A stretch of DNA of 64,000 nucleotides. Origin: Octopus sinensis (lineage: Eukaryota). Shown here in pieces: positions 39,212 to 50,986 of this stretch. The notes beneath the pieces are model-generated. The model was given only the letters and a program-made list of their open reading frames with translations. It made no database searches and was not told the DNA's origin. Each line of letters begins with the position of its first letter. Position 1 is the first letter of the stretch. Location: assembly GCF_006345805.1 (NCBI RefSeq), contig NC_042997.1, positions 32,674,001 through 32,738,000 on the forward strand. The letters run 5' to 3'. Position numbers and translations under genes: made by a program.

Positions 39212-42200
39212 AACACACATTTATGAATAGGAAAAAGAAAGAAATTAACAATCCAAGTATTTTCCATCAATGCTGCCGCCACTACTACTACTACTACTAG
39301 ATACTTTAATGATGTGTTTTCCCATTCCAGCATTAACTGAATAATTTGCCAGGACGCATTGTTGTAACTTTGTCTTCGTCCTTGGTCAATACACTTTCTG
39401 TTAATGAATAGCATAATTTCACAAAGAATCCTGGATGAAAACTGACCAATGACCAAATAACAAAAACAACAAGAACTTCAGCATCCCTCCCACCCTGTCA
39501 ACACTCCTCTCCAATATTGCATACTGATTCAATCATCATGGAATATAGTTGCACCAGATGCTGCACCAATTACCTCTTCCTTCAGATTGAGCACTAAACA
39601 CATCCTTGATCATCAGTCCTTCTCCAGAATTGCATCCTCTCAAGAATTCCATCACTGGTATTGTTCACTGGTATTCTGCGAGCTGGCAGAAACGTTAGCA
39701 CGCTGGGCGAAATGCGTAGCCGTATTTCATCTGTTGTTACGTTGTGAGTTCAAATTCCGCCGAGGTCGACTTTGCCTTTCATCCTTTCGGGGTCGATAAA
39801 TTAAGTACCAGTTACATACTGGGGTCGATGTAATCGACTTAATACCTATGTCTGTCCTTGTTTGTACCCTCTGTGTTTAGCCCCTTGTGGGTAATAAAGA
39901 AATAGGTATTGTTTTCCTGATAGAAATCACAATCAAAATCAAAATCAAAATCAAAATCAAATTCGATGACTGGCGTCCGTGCTAGCAGGGTGCAAAGAGC
40001 ACCATACGAGTGTGATCGACAGAGCAGCTAACCAGCTTCAGTGCCAGTGGCACTTAAAAGGTACCATTCGAGCGTGATCGTTACCAGCGTTGCCTTACTG
40101 GCACTCGAGCCCCATGCTAGTAGGGTATTAAGAGCACCATCTGAGCATGATCATTGCTAGAGCGGTTATCTGGCCTCCATGCCAGTGGCACATAAAAGAC
40201 ACCTTTGAGCGAGGTCGTTGCCAGTTCCGCTGGACTGGCTCCTGTGCAGGTGGCACATAAAAAGCAGCATCGCCTTACTGGCACCTGTGCCGGTGGCATG
40301 TGTAAAAAGATTTGAGTGAAGTCGTTGCCAGTACCGCCTGGCTGGCCCCGTGCTGGTGGCACGTAAGAGCACCCACTACACTCTCAGAGTGGTTGGCGTT
40401 AGGAAGGGCATCCAGCTGTAGATACTCTGCCAGATCAATATTGAAGCCTGATGCAGCCATCTGGTTCGCCAGCCCTCAGTCATTCGTCCAATCCATGCTA
40501 GCATGGAAAGTGGACGTTAAACAATGATGATGATGATGATGATGATAGACATCAAATTGCAGATGTTCAAACAAAACATCAGCTACATGAAGTGCCTCTT
40601 CTTTATATTACTTTGTATTATATGGTATATTTTGGTATATTTTAACTGGTGAACTAGCAGAATTGTTAGTAAACTGAACAAGAATGATTAGTGGCATTTC
40701 TTTTGGTTTTATGTTCTGAGTTCAAATTATGTCAAAGACACTCTTGCTTTTCATCCTCTCTGGGTCAATAAAATAAGTATCAGTCAAGTACTAGGGTTGA
40801 TGTAATTAACTACCAAATTTCAGGTCTTGTGCCTTACTAGAAATGATTTCTGTGAATTTCTTTCATTTTTACTTCTTCCTTTTCCTTTAGTTTTTATAAA
40901 AATTCTTTTTGAACAACATGTAACAATAACAGCTCTCATAGGCGCAGGAGTGGCTGTGTGGTAAGTAGCTTGCTAACCAACCACATGGTTCCGGGTTCAG
41001 TCCCACTGCGTGGCATCTTGAGCAAGTGTCTTCTGCTATAGCCCCGGGCCGACCAATGCCTTGTGAGTGGATTTGGTAGACGGAAACTGAAAGAAGCCTG
41101 TCGTATATATGTATATATATATGTGTGTGTGTGTGTCTGTGTTTGTCCCCCTAGCATTGCTTGACAACCGATGCTGGTGTGTTTACGTCCCCGTTACTTA
41201 GCGGATCGGCAAAAAGAGACCGATAGAATAAGTACTGGGCTTACAAAAAGAATAAGTCTCGGGGTCAAGTTGCTCGATTAAAGGCGGTGCTCCAGCATGG
41301 CCGCAGTCAAATGACTGAAACAAGTAAAAGAGTAAAAGAGAGAGAGAGTGAGATCATGGAGCACTATTTCTTCTCCTATTCTGATAACAAATTTAAAAAA
41401 CTAAAAACGTGTAGAATCCAAGGTGTACGTACGGCTGTTGGGTTGTTTCCATTAGACAAAATGTCTAATAGATCAACAGGAGAGACAAAATAGAAGCGAG
41501 GAAAAGCCAGTCTCTTTGTTTCTAAGTATTCTGCCAAAGCCTTCTCACACTTCACCAGTTCTGACTGGATTTTCTCCAAGCGTTCATATAAATTGGGACA
41601 ACTTGTTGCTTGAATTACATTCTTTGTGACTTCAACTTCAGAAACAATTTGCTAAATAAGAAAAAGATATAAAACAAGAAAACCAATTTAACATGGGCTA
41701 AATAGTAACAGACAAGATTTGAACAAGGAACCTTTATTTAACCCTTTAGCATTTAAACCGGCCATATCCGGCCCAAATGTTCTACTTCTTTTATGTTCAT
41801 ACCATCTAGATCTGGCATTTCACTCATATCCTACAATGACATCCTCAAAATAAACCATCCCATCATCAAATTCTCAGAGCTACAAGATAATGCAGGATTA
41901 ACTCAAAACAATGTGAATGAAAAAGCATTATATTTGACAGAGGGAGGCGCAATGGCCCAGTGGTTAGGGCAGCGGACTCGCGGTCGTAGGATCGCGGTTT
42001 CGATTCCCAGACCGGGCGTTGTGAGTGTTTATTGAGCGAAAACACCTAAAAGCACCACGAGGCTCCGGCAGGGGATGGTGGTGATCCCTGCTGTACTCTT
42101 TCACCACAACTTTCTCTCACTCTTACTTCCTGTTTCTGTTGTACCTGTATTTCAAAGGGCCGGCCTTGTCACTCTCTGTGTCACGCTGCATATCCCCGAG

Positions 42201-45200
42201 AACTGCGTTAAGGGTACATGTGTCTGTGGAGTGCTCAGCCACTTACACGTTAATTTCACAAGCAGGCTGTTCCGTTGATCGGATCAACCAGAACCCTCGT
42301 CGTCGTAATCGACGGAGTGCTTCCATTCCATATTTGACAGAGTAATCTGAACACTAAAGGGTTAATAACCATGGGTAAGGCCACAGATCCATATTCTCTT
42401 CTTCAGAAGGTCTTTTGGCCATTGCAGCTCTCATATAAGTAATTGATTATATCATGCTTTTGAAACCTAGTGTCCAGCTTATACAGGTAGAAGAGCTTTC
42501 ACTTGAAGATTTCAAATAAGAAAAGATAAAGTAAATATAGCATTTATACCTTAAAATCAGAATCGATGTTGTCAAATCTCTCAGAGTCTTTTGGCAGTTG
42601 TTTTCTAATATCTTCTGACCCAATGAAGATACTTTCAAGATGAGACCAAGTGCGTTGCACTTCCATCCAAATACTGATCACCTGGTCAGCAGTAGACAAT
42701 TTCATTTGCCAAGAAGTGACCTCACTTCGGAAGTAATCTATGAATTTCGATGTTAACATATTCTGCAACTGAACCTGTAAATTTCAATGCAAAGTATATT
42801 GAATTAAAGATAAAATGATAAAACAATTTATTAAAGGCACACTAAGTAGTAATGATTAAAATAAGATGTGTACAGTCATATTTAACATATTCATGCCATG
42901 CATAATTGTTTCTAGTTTAGGCCTGTAGCGTGACTGATATCCTCACTGTTTGAGAGACACATTAGGAATAATCTCATGGCAGATTACAACCATCTTTGGC
43001 TAGTTTGACCCTGTTGTGTCAACTGCTCTGATTGGTTGGCATTTGGTGTGGTTTGTCTCTCAACTTATTTCGCGCCAGTGTGTAAGCCAACCAATCACGG
43101 TCTATGGATAAGGTCTCGTGACACTGTTTTTCTGATCCTTCATTTGAGCCACCTAAACCCTATAAAAAGACCAGCATTCACTATTCCAGGTCTTTGGCTC
43201 TAGACCGTCGAAGGTCTAGTCCCTGACCACCGAGCTACTCAGCCATGTTCCAGTTCCAGCGACAGACGACTGACCACCCAGCCATGCTCCTGCTTCAGCC
43301 ATGACAACGCTAATGTACACCAGCAGCGTAGGACGTCTCCACCACCGTCGCCATTACCACCGTCAACTTCAAATACGTACACGTCAACACCGTCCAGGTC
43401 TAAACTTCATACTGTTTGTGAATATTTCACCGAAGAAAAACAGTTGCAGACTACCTGAAAGAACTTTCTGTATCAAGAGACTCAGCACATCGTTGAAGCC
43501 CTAACTGCTGCATGACAGTTGCCCAACCGGCTTCTGCCTCGTGTCCTCAACATGTTGTTATAGAACTTGCTATCGTGTACCTCATGAACTGGTAAACAAA
43601 TTCCATCTTAACTCAATATGCTAAGAAACGTATCTTATGCTCTGTATTCTGTTTTATATACACCTCTGTCGCATACACGAACACACAGACACAACACCTT
43701 GCTAGCACTCACACACACTCTCTTTGTACACTTTGTAAATAAAGTCTTCTGCTCTCTCAAACAGTAGAATGGTTGTCGTCCTTCATTCATTCCTTTTGGC
43801 ACTGTATTTTATATCATGTATTTGGCTTCTTATTTTGTTAGGGGCGACCGTGCAGCGTTCAAAAGGAGACATTTGTCACCAACTCCTTATGTACAGTCAT
43901 ATTCCTTACAGGCCCAAGTCAAGCAGTTTTGAGGAGAAAGGGCCATTAGATGTCAGTGACCCCAGTACTAGACTGGTACTGTACCTTATCATCCCAGGAT
44001 AGATGAAAGACAAATCTGACTGTAGCAGGATTTAAACTCAGAATGTAAAGAGCTAAAACAAATACCACAAGGCATTCCTATATGGATGAAATGCATGCAG
44101 ATGATGATGATCAGCGTAGTGTGTGGGTCTGGTTTGACCCAGAAGGTTTTCCGTAAGACATTTGGAAGAGTTTATAACAAGCAGGTGTAAGCACCATTAA
44201 GTCTTGTCTCTAGGTGTCTAGTGAATGTCCATGTAGCAGATCCATACAATAGAACTGATTGGAAGGAGCTTCTATTAAGATAACTCCCAGAAGACACTGA
44301 GGCTATCAAGAGTAGCCCATGCTTTTACAAGACAAATTTTTATATCATTTTCTGTGGATGTGATGTTGCTTCTTAATTATACAAAGGAATTAATATATAT
44401 TCCAGAAGGTTTTACTCGATCATGCTTACTGAGCCCTCCTGAATGTAATAGATGTCTTCATAGAGGCACTAATATACAGACCATTATCTTGTGCTACTTT
44501 TACGAGGCCATGTACAAGGGAGGTAACTATGGCATGATTAGGCGGCGAGCTGGCAGAAACGTTACCACACCGGGTGAAATGCGTAGCCGTATTTTGTCTG
44601 CTGCTACGTTCTGAGTTCAAATTCCGCCGAGGTCGACTTTGCCTTTCATCCTTTCGGGGTCGATAAATTAAGTACGAGTTACGCACTGGGGTCGATAAAA
44701 TCGACTTAATCCGTTTGTCTGTCCTTGTTTGTCCTCTCTGTGTTTAGCCCCATGTGGGTAGTAAAGAAATAGGTAACTATGGCATGTTCTCTGTGAAGAG
44801 AACACGATCATCTGCATTATCTACGCCTGTTATTTATTATTGTGGCCGAGTGACAGCTATAATTTTGTTGGTGGTTGACTCTGACTTTCGTCCTTCTGGG
44901 GGTTGACAGCACAGCATAAATATTGGTCAAATACTTGGATTGGTTGAATGAATTGCACTCTCATTTTTAATTTGAGAGAGGGGCGAAATACACATCATTT
45001 TAACCAAAATCAATAAAAATTTAAAACAGCAGAGTCAAAATTATTCTAAGTACTTAAAAAAAAACTTACTTGATTTTCTTCTAATGTTTCAATTAGTTCT
45101 TCACTGGCACGCAGTAGTGTAGTATTAGTAGAAGCATGTTTGTCATGGTCAAATTCCATAGCACCCCAAGTTTCATCCAGGTCTCCTAAAACCTTCTCCA

Positions 45201-46070
45201 TGCTCATTTCCTTCACTGCTTTGTCCACAATGGTTTTAGCTTCTTCTTCATAATTGTGTAAGTTCAACAGTAAAAGGTCAGCTAAAGTGCAAGTATCATC
45301 CATTACAAAACGTACCTGGTAAAAGAATTAAGAGTTAAGACAATAACAAGTTAAAAGGTAAAAGTACTTCAATCTCATACCAGTTTCAGTGATAAGTATT
45401 TTAGTAATTCATTATGCTAATTACTTGAGTTTTTCCGCATGCACTTCTGTGGGTAGCCCTTGAATTTGCTGCCTCTGCTCCCTATACAGGCTTATATAGC
45501 AGACTCAAAAGTGCTGTCCACATAAAAATACCACCCAGGCAAACCACCCCATTACTCTCCATCCAACTATACTACTGATACACTTACATCTTTAAAGAAA
45601 TCTTCAGAATAAGTATAACACTATGTATCTTTTAATTACAAATAGTGCCACTTGACTGGCTCCCATGCCAGTGGCGCATAATAAGCACCATTCGAGCATG
45701 GTCGTTGTCAGTGTCACCTGACTGGCTCCTATGCCGGTGGCATGTAAAAAGCACCATTCGAATGTGATCATTGCCAGTTCCACCTGACTGGCTCCCTTGC
45801 TGGTGGCACGTAAAAAGCACCTACTACACTCTCGGAGTGGTTAGCACTATGAAGGACATCCAGCTGTAGAAACCTGCCAGATCAGACTGAAGCCTGGCAC
45901 AGCCTTCTGGCTTGCCAGTCATCAATCAAACCATCCAACCCCTGCTGGCATGGAAAGTGGACGTTAAATGACGAAGAAGAAGAAGAAGAAGAAGAAGAAG
46001 AAGGAGAAGAAGAAGAAGAAGAGAAGAAGAAGAAGAGAAGAAGAAGAAGGAGAAGAAGAAGGAGAAGAAG

Positions 46071-46101
<31 letters not shown>

Positions 46102-46607
46102 GATTATTGTTCAGATCTATATTTAAGAGATGAGGAATTATGAACATTATTTACATTATTTACATTTGATGGATATTTGTCCTCATCTTGTTTGTTGTTA
46201 ACATAACGTTTCAGCTGATATACCCTCCAGCCTTCATCAGGTGTCTTGGGGAAATTTCGAACCTAGGTTCTCATTCCTAAGGTATTGTGACCTTAATAAT
46301 AATAACAACATCAAAAAAAAATACCTTAGGAATGAGAACCCAGGTTTGAAATTTCCCCAAGACACCTGATGAAGGATGGAAGGTATATCTCTTTTACTCT
46401 TTTATTTGTTTCAGTTATTTGACTGTGGCCATGCTGGAGCACTGCCTTTAATCGCGCAACTCAATCCCGGGACTTATTCTTTTGTAAGCCCAGTACTTAT
46501 TCTATTGGTCTCTTTTGCCGAACCGCTAAGTAACGGGAACATAAACACACCAGCATCGGTTGTCAAGCAATGCTAGGGGGACAAACACAGATACACAAAT
46601 ACACACA

Positions 46608-46668
<61 letters not shown>

Positions 46669-49600
46669 CATATATACGACGGGATTCTTTCAGTTTCCGT
46701 CTACCAAATCCACTCACAAAGGCTTTGGTCAGCCCGAGGCTATAGTAGAAGACACCTGCCCAAGGTGCCACGCAGTGGGACTGAACCCGGAACCATGTGG
46801 TTGGTAAACAAGCTATTTACCACACAGCCACTCATGCGCCTATATCAGCCGAAACGTTGTGTTAACAACAAACAAGATGGGGACAAATATCCGTCAAATA
46901 TAGATAATGTAAATAGTGTGATTATTGTTGTTGAAACAAAAACAAGTCCTTACATTTGTGGCCTGCATCAGCTGCTGCCAGTGGCGATCGCGTATGGCTT
47001 TGTTCTGCAGTTCTCCGACAGCACGAAGAGACGTGAGCATGTTTTTAACTGTGCTTTCCGCTCCGCTATACACATCCCATGCTCGCATCTCCTTATCTAA
47101 CTGGCGGATGTCTTTCGAAAACAGTTTGCAGTCAATGTCCATTTGGTCAACGTCAATGTCCAACCATAGCGTCGTCTTCCAGTGGTCGATGCTGCTTTGA
47201 ATTACTGTTATATAGTCCCAGAGGTGCTTCAGCAAACATAACTCTTTGCGGCATTGTTTCAACTGCTTGAAATCAGGGATGCTAACTTCAAACAGGCTGG
47301 CTGACGCTTGCAAGTTAGTCATCTCCATCTCCATTTTGTGAATCTCTTCATGATACTTTTAAACGACAATTTCGAAAAAAAAAAAGAAAAAAAGAAAAAA
47401 AAAGAAGAAAAAAAACAGTAATAATAAAATTATTAATGATTTTTAATGTAAGTACAAGAACACAATTTTGGATAGTTGGGGTGGGATTAAAACAAATAAG
47501 TCAACTATAGTACTTGACTGGTACTTTATTCCCTACAGGCCCAAGTCAAGCAGTTTTGAGGAGAAAGGGTCATTAGATGTCAGTGACCCCAGTACTAGAC
47601 TGGTACTGTACCTTATCATCCCTGGATAGATGAAAGACAAGGCTGACTGTAGCAGGATTTAAACTCAGAATGTAAAGAGCTAGAACAAATACCACAAGGC
47701 ATTCCTGTATGGATGAAATGCATGCAGATGATGATGAAAAGCAGAACTGACCTTCGCAGGATTTGAACTCAGAATGTAAAGAGTCAGATTTAAATACCAC
47801 AAGGCATTTTGTTTGTTGCTCTAACAATTCAGCCAGTCAATACAAATAGTGGTGCTTTCTTTATATGCCACTGGGACCCAATCATATATACAAAGGGATA
47901 CATAAACATAGGGATTACAAGTGGGGCTGGATAGAAGCAATGTTACATAAAAACAGAAAGTATAAAGACATAGAATATACATGACATGTGACCGAGACCT
48001 TTGGAAGTATGCGGTGCATGAGAAGACCCGGCAGGACAAGTGAGGCCATAACCTGTGGCCTCTACCTTTCCTTCTTGGGACACAAAACTCTCCTTGCGAT
48101 GACTTGTTGAGGCAAGTGAAATCGGAATCGAAATCGAAATCGCTCAAAAATCAATGGAAATTGTAGTTGTGATACCAGTGCCTGTGGCATGTAAAAGAAC
48201 CATCCGAACGTGGCCATTGTCAGCGCCGCCCCGACTGGCCCCCGTGCCGGTGGCATGTAAAAAGCACCAACCGATCATGGCCGTTGCCAGCCTTGCCTGG
48301 CACCGTGCTGGTGGAATGTAAAAAGCACCCACTACACTCACGGAGTGGTTGGCGGTAGGAAGGGTATCCAGCTGTAGAAACACTGTCAGATTCAGACTGG
48401 GCCTGCTGCAGCCTCCTGGCTTCCCAGACCCTAGTCGAACCATCCAACCCATGCTAGCATGGAAAGTGGACGTTAAACGATGATGATGATGATGATGATG
48501 ATGATGATAGGGATATGTTGAAAATTTGATGTAAATGAAACACATCAGTTAAACAGATTATTAAGTAAAAAGACACACTAATAAAAAAAAAGATGAAATT
48601 TTAAAAAGATGATGAACAGACAGAGTAATCTATCGTGGGTAAGAACTTGCGGCGAGCTGGCAGAATCGTTAACACGCCAGGCGAAATGCTTAGCAGTATT
48701 TCATCTGCCGTTACATTCTGAGTTCAAATTCCGCCGAGGTCGACTTTGCCTTTCATCCTTTCAGGGTCGATTAAATAAGTACCAGTTACGCACTGGGGTC
48801 GATATAATCGACTTGATCCATGTGTCTGTCCTTGTTTGCCTCCTCTGTGTTTAGCCCCTTGTGGGCAGTAAAAAAATAGATTAGGTCAAAGTACTCACTC
48901 AGCCTGCTTGGCATTCATACTAGAACCAGATGCACCCAATGGCATTTATAAGCACTGTTTTGCATTAGCTATGATAAAAGACATCTATGTCGTATGAGTA
49001 TTATTATTTTATATTGAGAGAGATCCTTGATATGATCTTCAGCAATGACCTGTCTTTTGCCTGTCTCTAATAAACCAATGTCTTGACTGTGAGACTATTA
49101 TGGCATTTCAATGGGTCTTTGAAAGATTGCCAAATATGATCACATATCCACAACTCCCAGTCTAAAACTATTCTTCAGGACATAGTTGAAGGAGAGTGAA
49201 AGAGGAGCAGATAGGAAATCCTGGTCTGACAACATTAAGGGCTGGACAGGTCTCAATACTGCAACTCTGTAATGCATAACAGAACAGAGATCAATGGCAA
49301 TGAGCTGACTGCAAAGCATCTAACGTAACACCCCAACGACTGGCTGCACCAGTGAAGGGAATTTGATGATGATGATGATGATGGTAATGAGTAAATCATT
49401 CTAAAATCTTCTTTATACTTCATCGTCGTCGTCGCCGTCATTGTCGTTGTCATCGTCATTGTCGTCGTCATCATCGTCATTGTTGTTGCTGTCGTCATTG
49501 TTGTCATTGTTGTCATCGTCATTGTCGTCGTCATCATCGTCATTGTTGTTGCTGTCGTCATTGTTGTCATTGTTGTCATCGTCATTGTCATCGTCATCAT

Positions 49601-49965
49601 CGTCATTGTTGTTGCTGTCGTCATTGTTGTCATTGTTGTCATCGTCATTGTCGTCGTCATCATCGTCATTGTTGTTGCTGTCGTCATTGTTGTCATTGTT
49701 GTCATTGTCGACATTGTCGTCATCGTCGACATTGTCGTCATCATCGTCATTGTTGTTGTCGTCATCGTCATTGTCGTCGTCATTGTTGTTGTCATTGTCG
49801 TCGTTGTCATTGTCATCATTGTTGTCATCATCGTTGCCACTGCTGCCGCCGTCGTCATCTGCTTCCCAACCACATAGTTTCAAGTTTGATCACTTTGGGC
49901 AAGCATCTTCAACTACAACCTAAATCTTATGACTAAATTTGATAAATGGAAACTGAAAGAAGCTC

Positions 49966-49999
<34 letters not shown>

Positions 50000-50950
50000 A
50001 AAGAGAAAGAGAGAGAGAGTGTGTGTGTGTATACATGTGTCTCTTTGTCTTGACATCATGTGGCTGTTGTCAATGAATGTCATTCATTTCCAATATTCTG
50101 CAAAAACACATCTGACTATGAAGAAGTATTATCTTGCTTGGAAACAGGTAAATATTGGCAATAGGAAGGACATCTGACAGTAGAAAATTTTCCGCAATAG
50201 ATTCCTCCAACCCAAGCAGACATGGAAAAGTGGACATTAAAATAACAATGATGCCTTACAGTATTTAGTCACATTCCTACCTTATGTTTGTACTGTGGTC
50301 AATTTTGTCCTTTCAAGTAGTGGAATCAATATAATCAATTATACCTTGTCCCCATCAAATTAAGTAATATCTCACCTTATCTAAATGTTCATATGCATTC
50401 TGACAAGTGTAGAAAAATGGAGATATCTGATGAAAAGCTTCACGGAATTTGTGTTGTTTTACATCAAATGCTGCTGTTTTTCTGCGTATATTGTTAACTT
50501 CAGCTGCTTGAAGTGGTGCCACCTGTTGTTTGACTGTGATTGCTATTTTCTTTGTGTTATTCCATCTTTCAGGTAATTCCTGTTTAGCAAACAAAATTAA
50601 AATAAATAAAGACAGAAAAAAATTGCCAATGAAAACAACAAAGAGAAGTTTGAGTCAATGAGAAAGCTTCTACATGGTTATTCAACCTGCTAGAAATAGT
50701 AGTGAAATCTGCTTCAAATGATATTCTGTAATTTTAAAGAAATTGACACACTGGGTAATGTAGTCTCAGTTTACCTGAAATAAAATGGGACAGTCATTAT
50801 ACTACACTCTTGGAGTGGTTGGCGTTAGGAAGGGCATCCAGCTGTAGAAACTCTGCCAGATCAAGATTGGAGTCTGGTGCAGCCATCTGGTTCGCCAGCC
50901 CTCAGTCAAATCGTCCAACTCATGCTAGCATGGAGAGCAGACGTTAAACA

Positions 50951-50986
<36 letters not shown>

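Larger units (their letters stand above)
46112..46917 (-). mobile_element. Penelope-like fold-back element (inverted pLTR-like arms) with hammerhead motifs
   Basis: 139-bp inverted arms (46148-46286 vs 46320-46388 + 46846-46915), 12-bp TSD GTGATTATTGTT at 46100-46111 and 46918-46929, CTGATGA-stem-GAAAC cores. Confidence 0.7.

Noticed and set aside
39109-39456. Minus-strand ORF in the long 35870-41432 intron as a possible extra dynein exon
   Set aside because: Flanking exons join with the expected spacing (NGNNPTA|VCTHL); the ORF has no dynein similarity and runs into (TG)n.
41944-42020. tRNA-like sequence with A and B boxes (also heads of SINE groups A and B)
   Set aside because: Continues into SINE bodies with TSDs and lacks a proper acceptor stem; not a tRNA gene.
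49253-49923. Long D/N-, T/M- and S/L-rich ORFs (up to 206 aa)
   Set aside because: Stop-free because of the triplet repeat; no convincing splice context, and the dynein protein is continuous without it.
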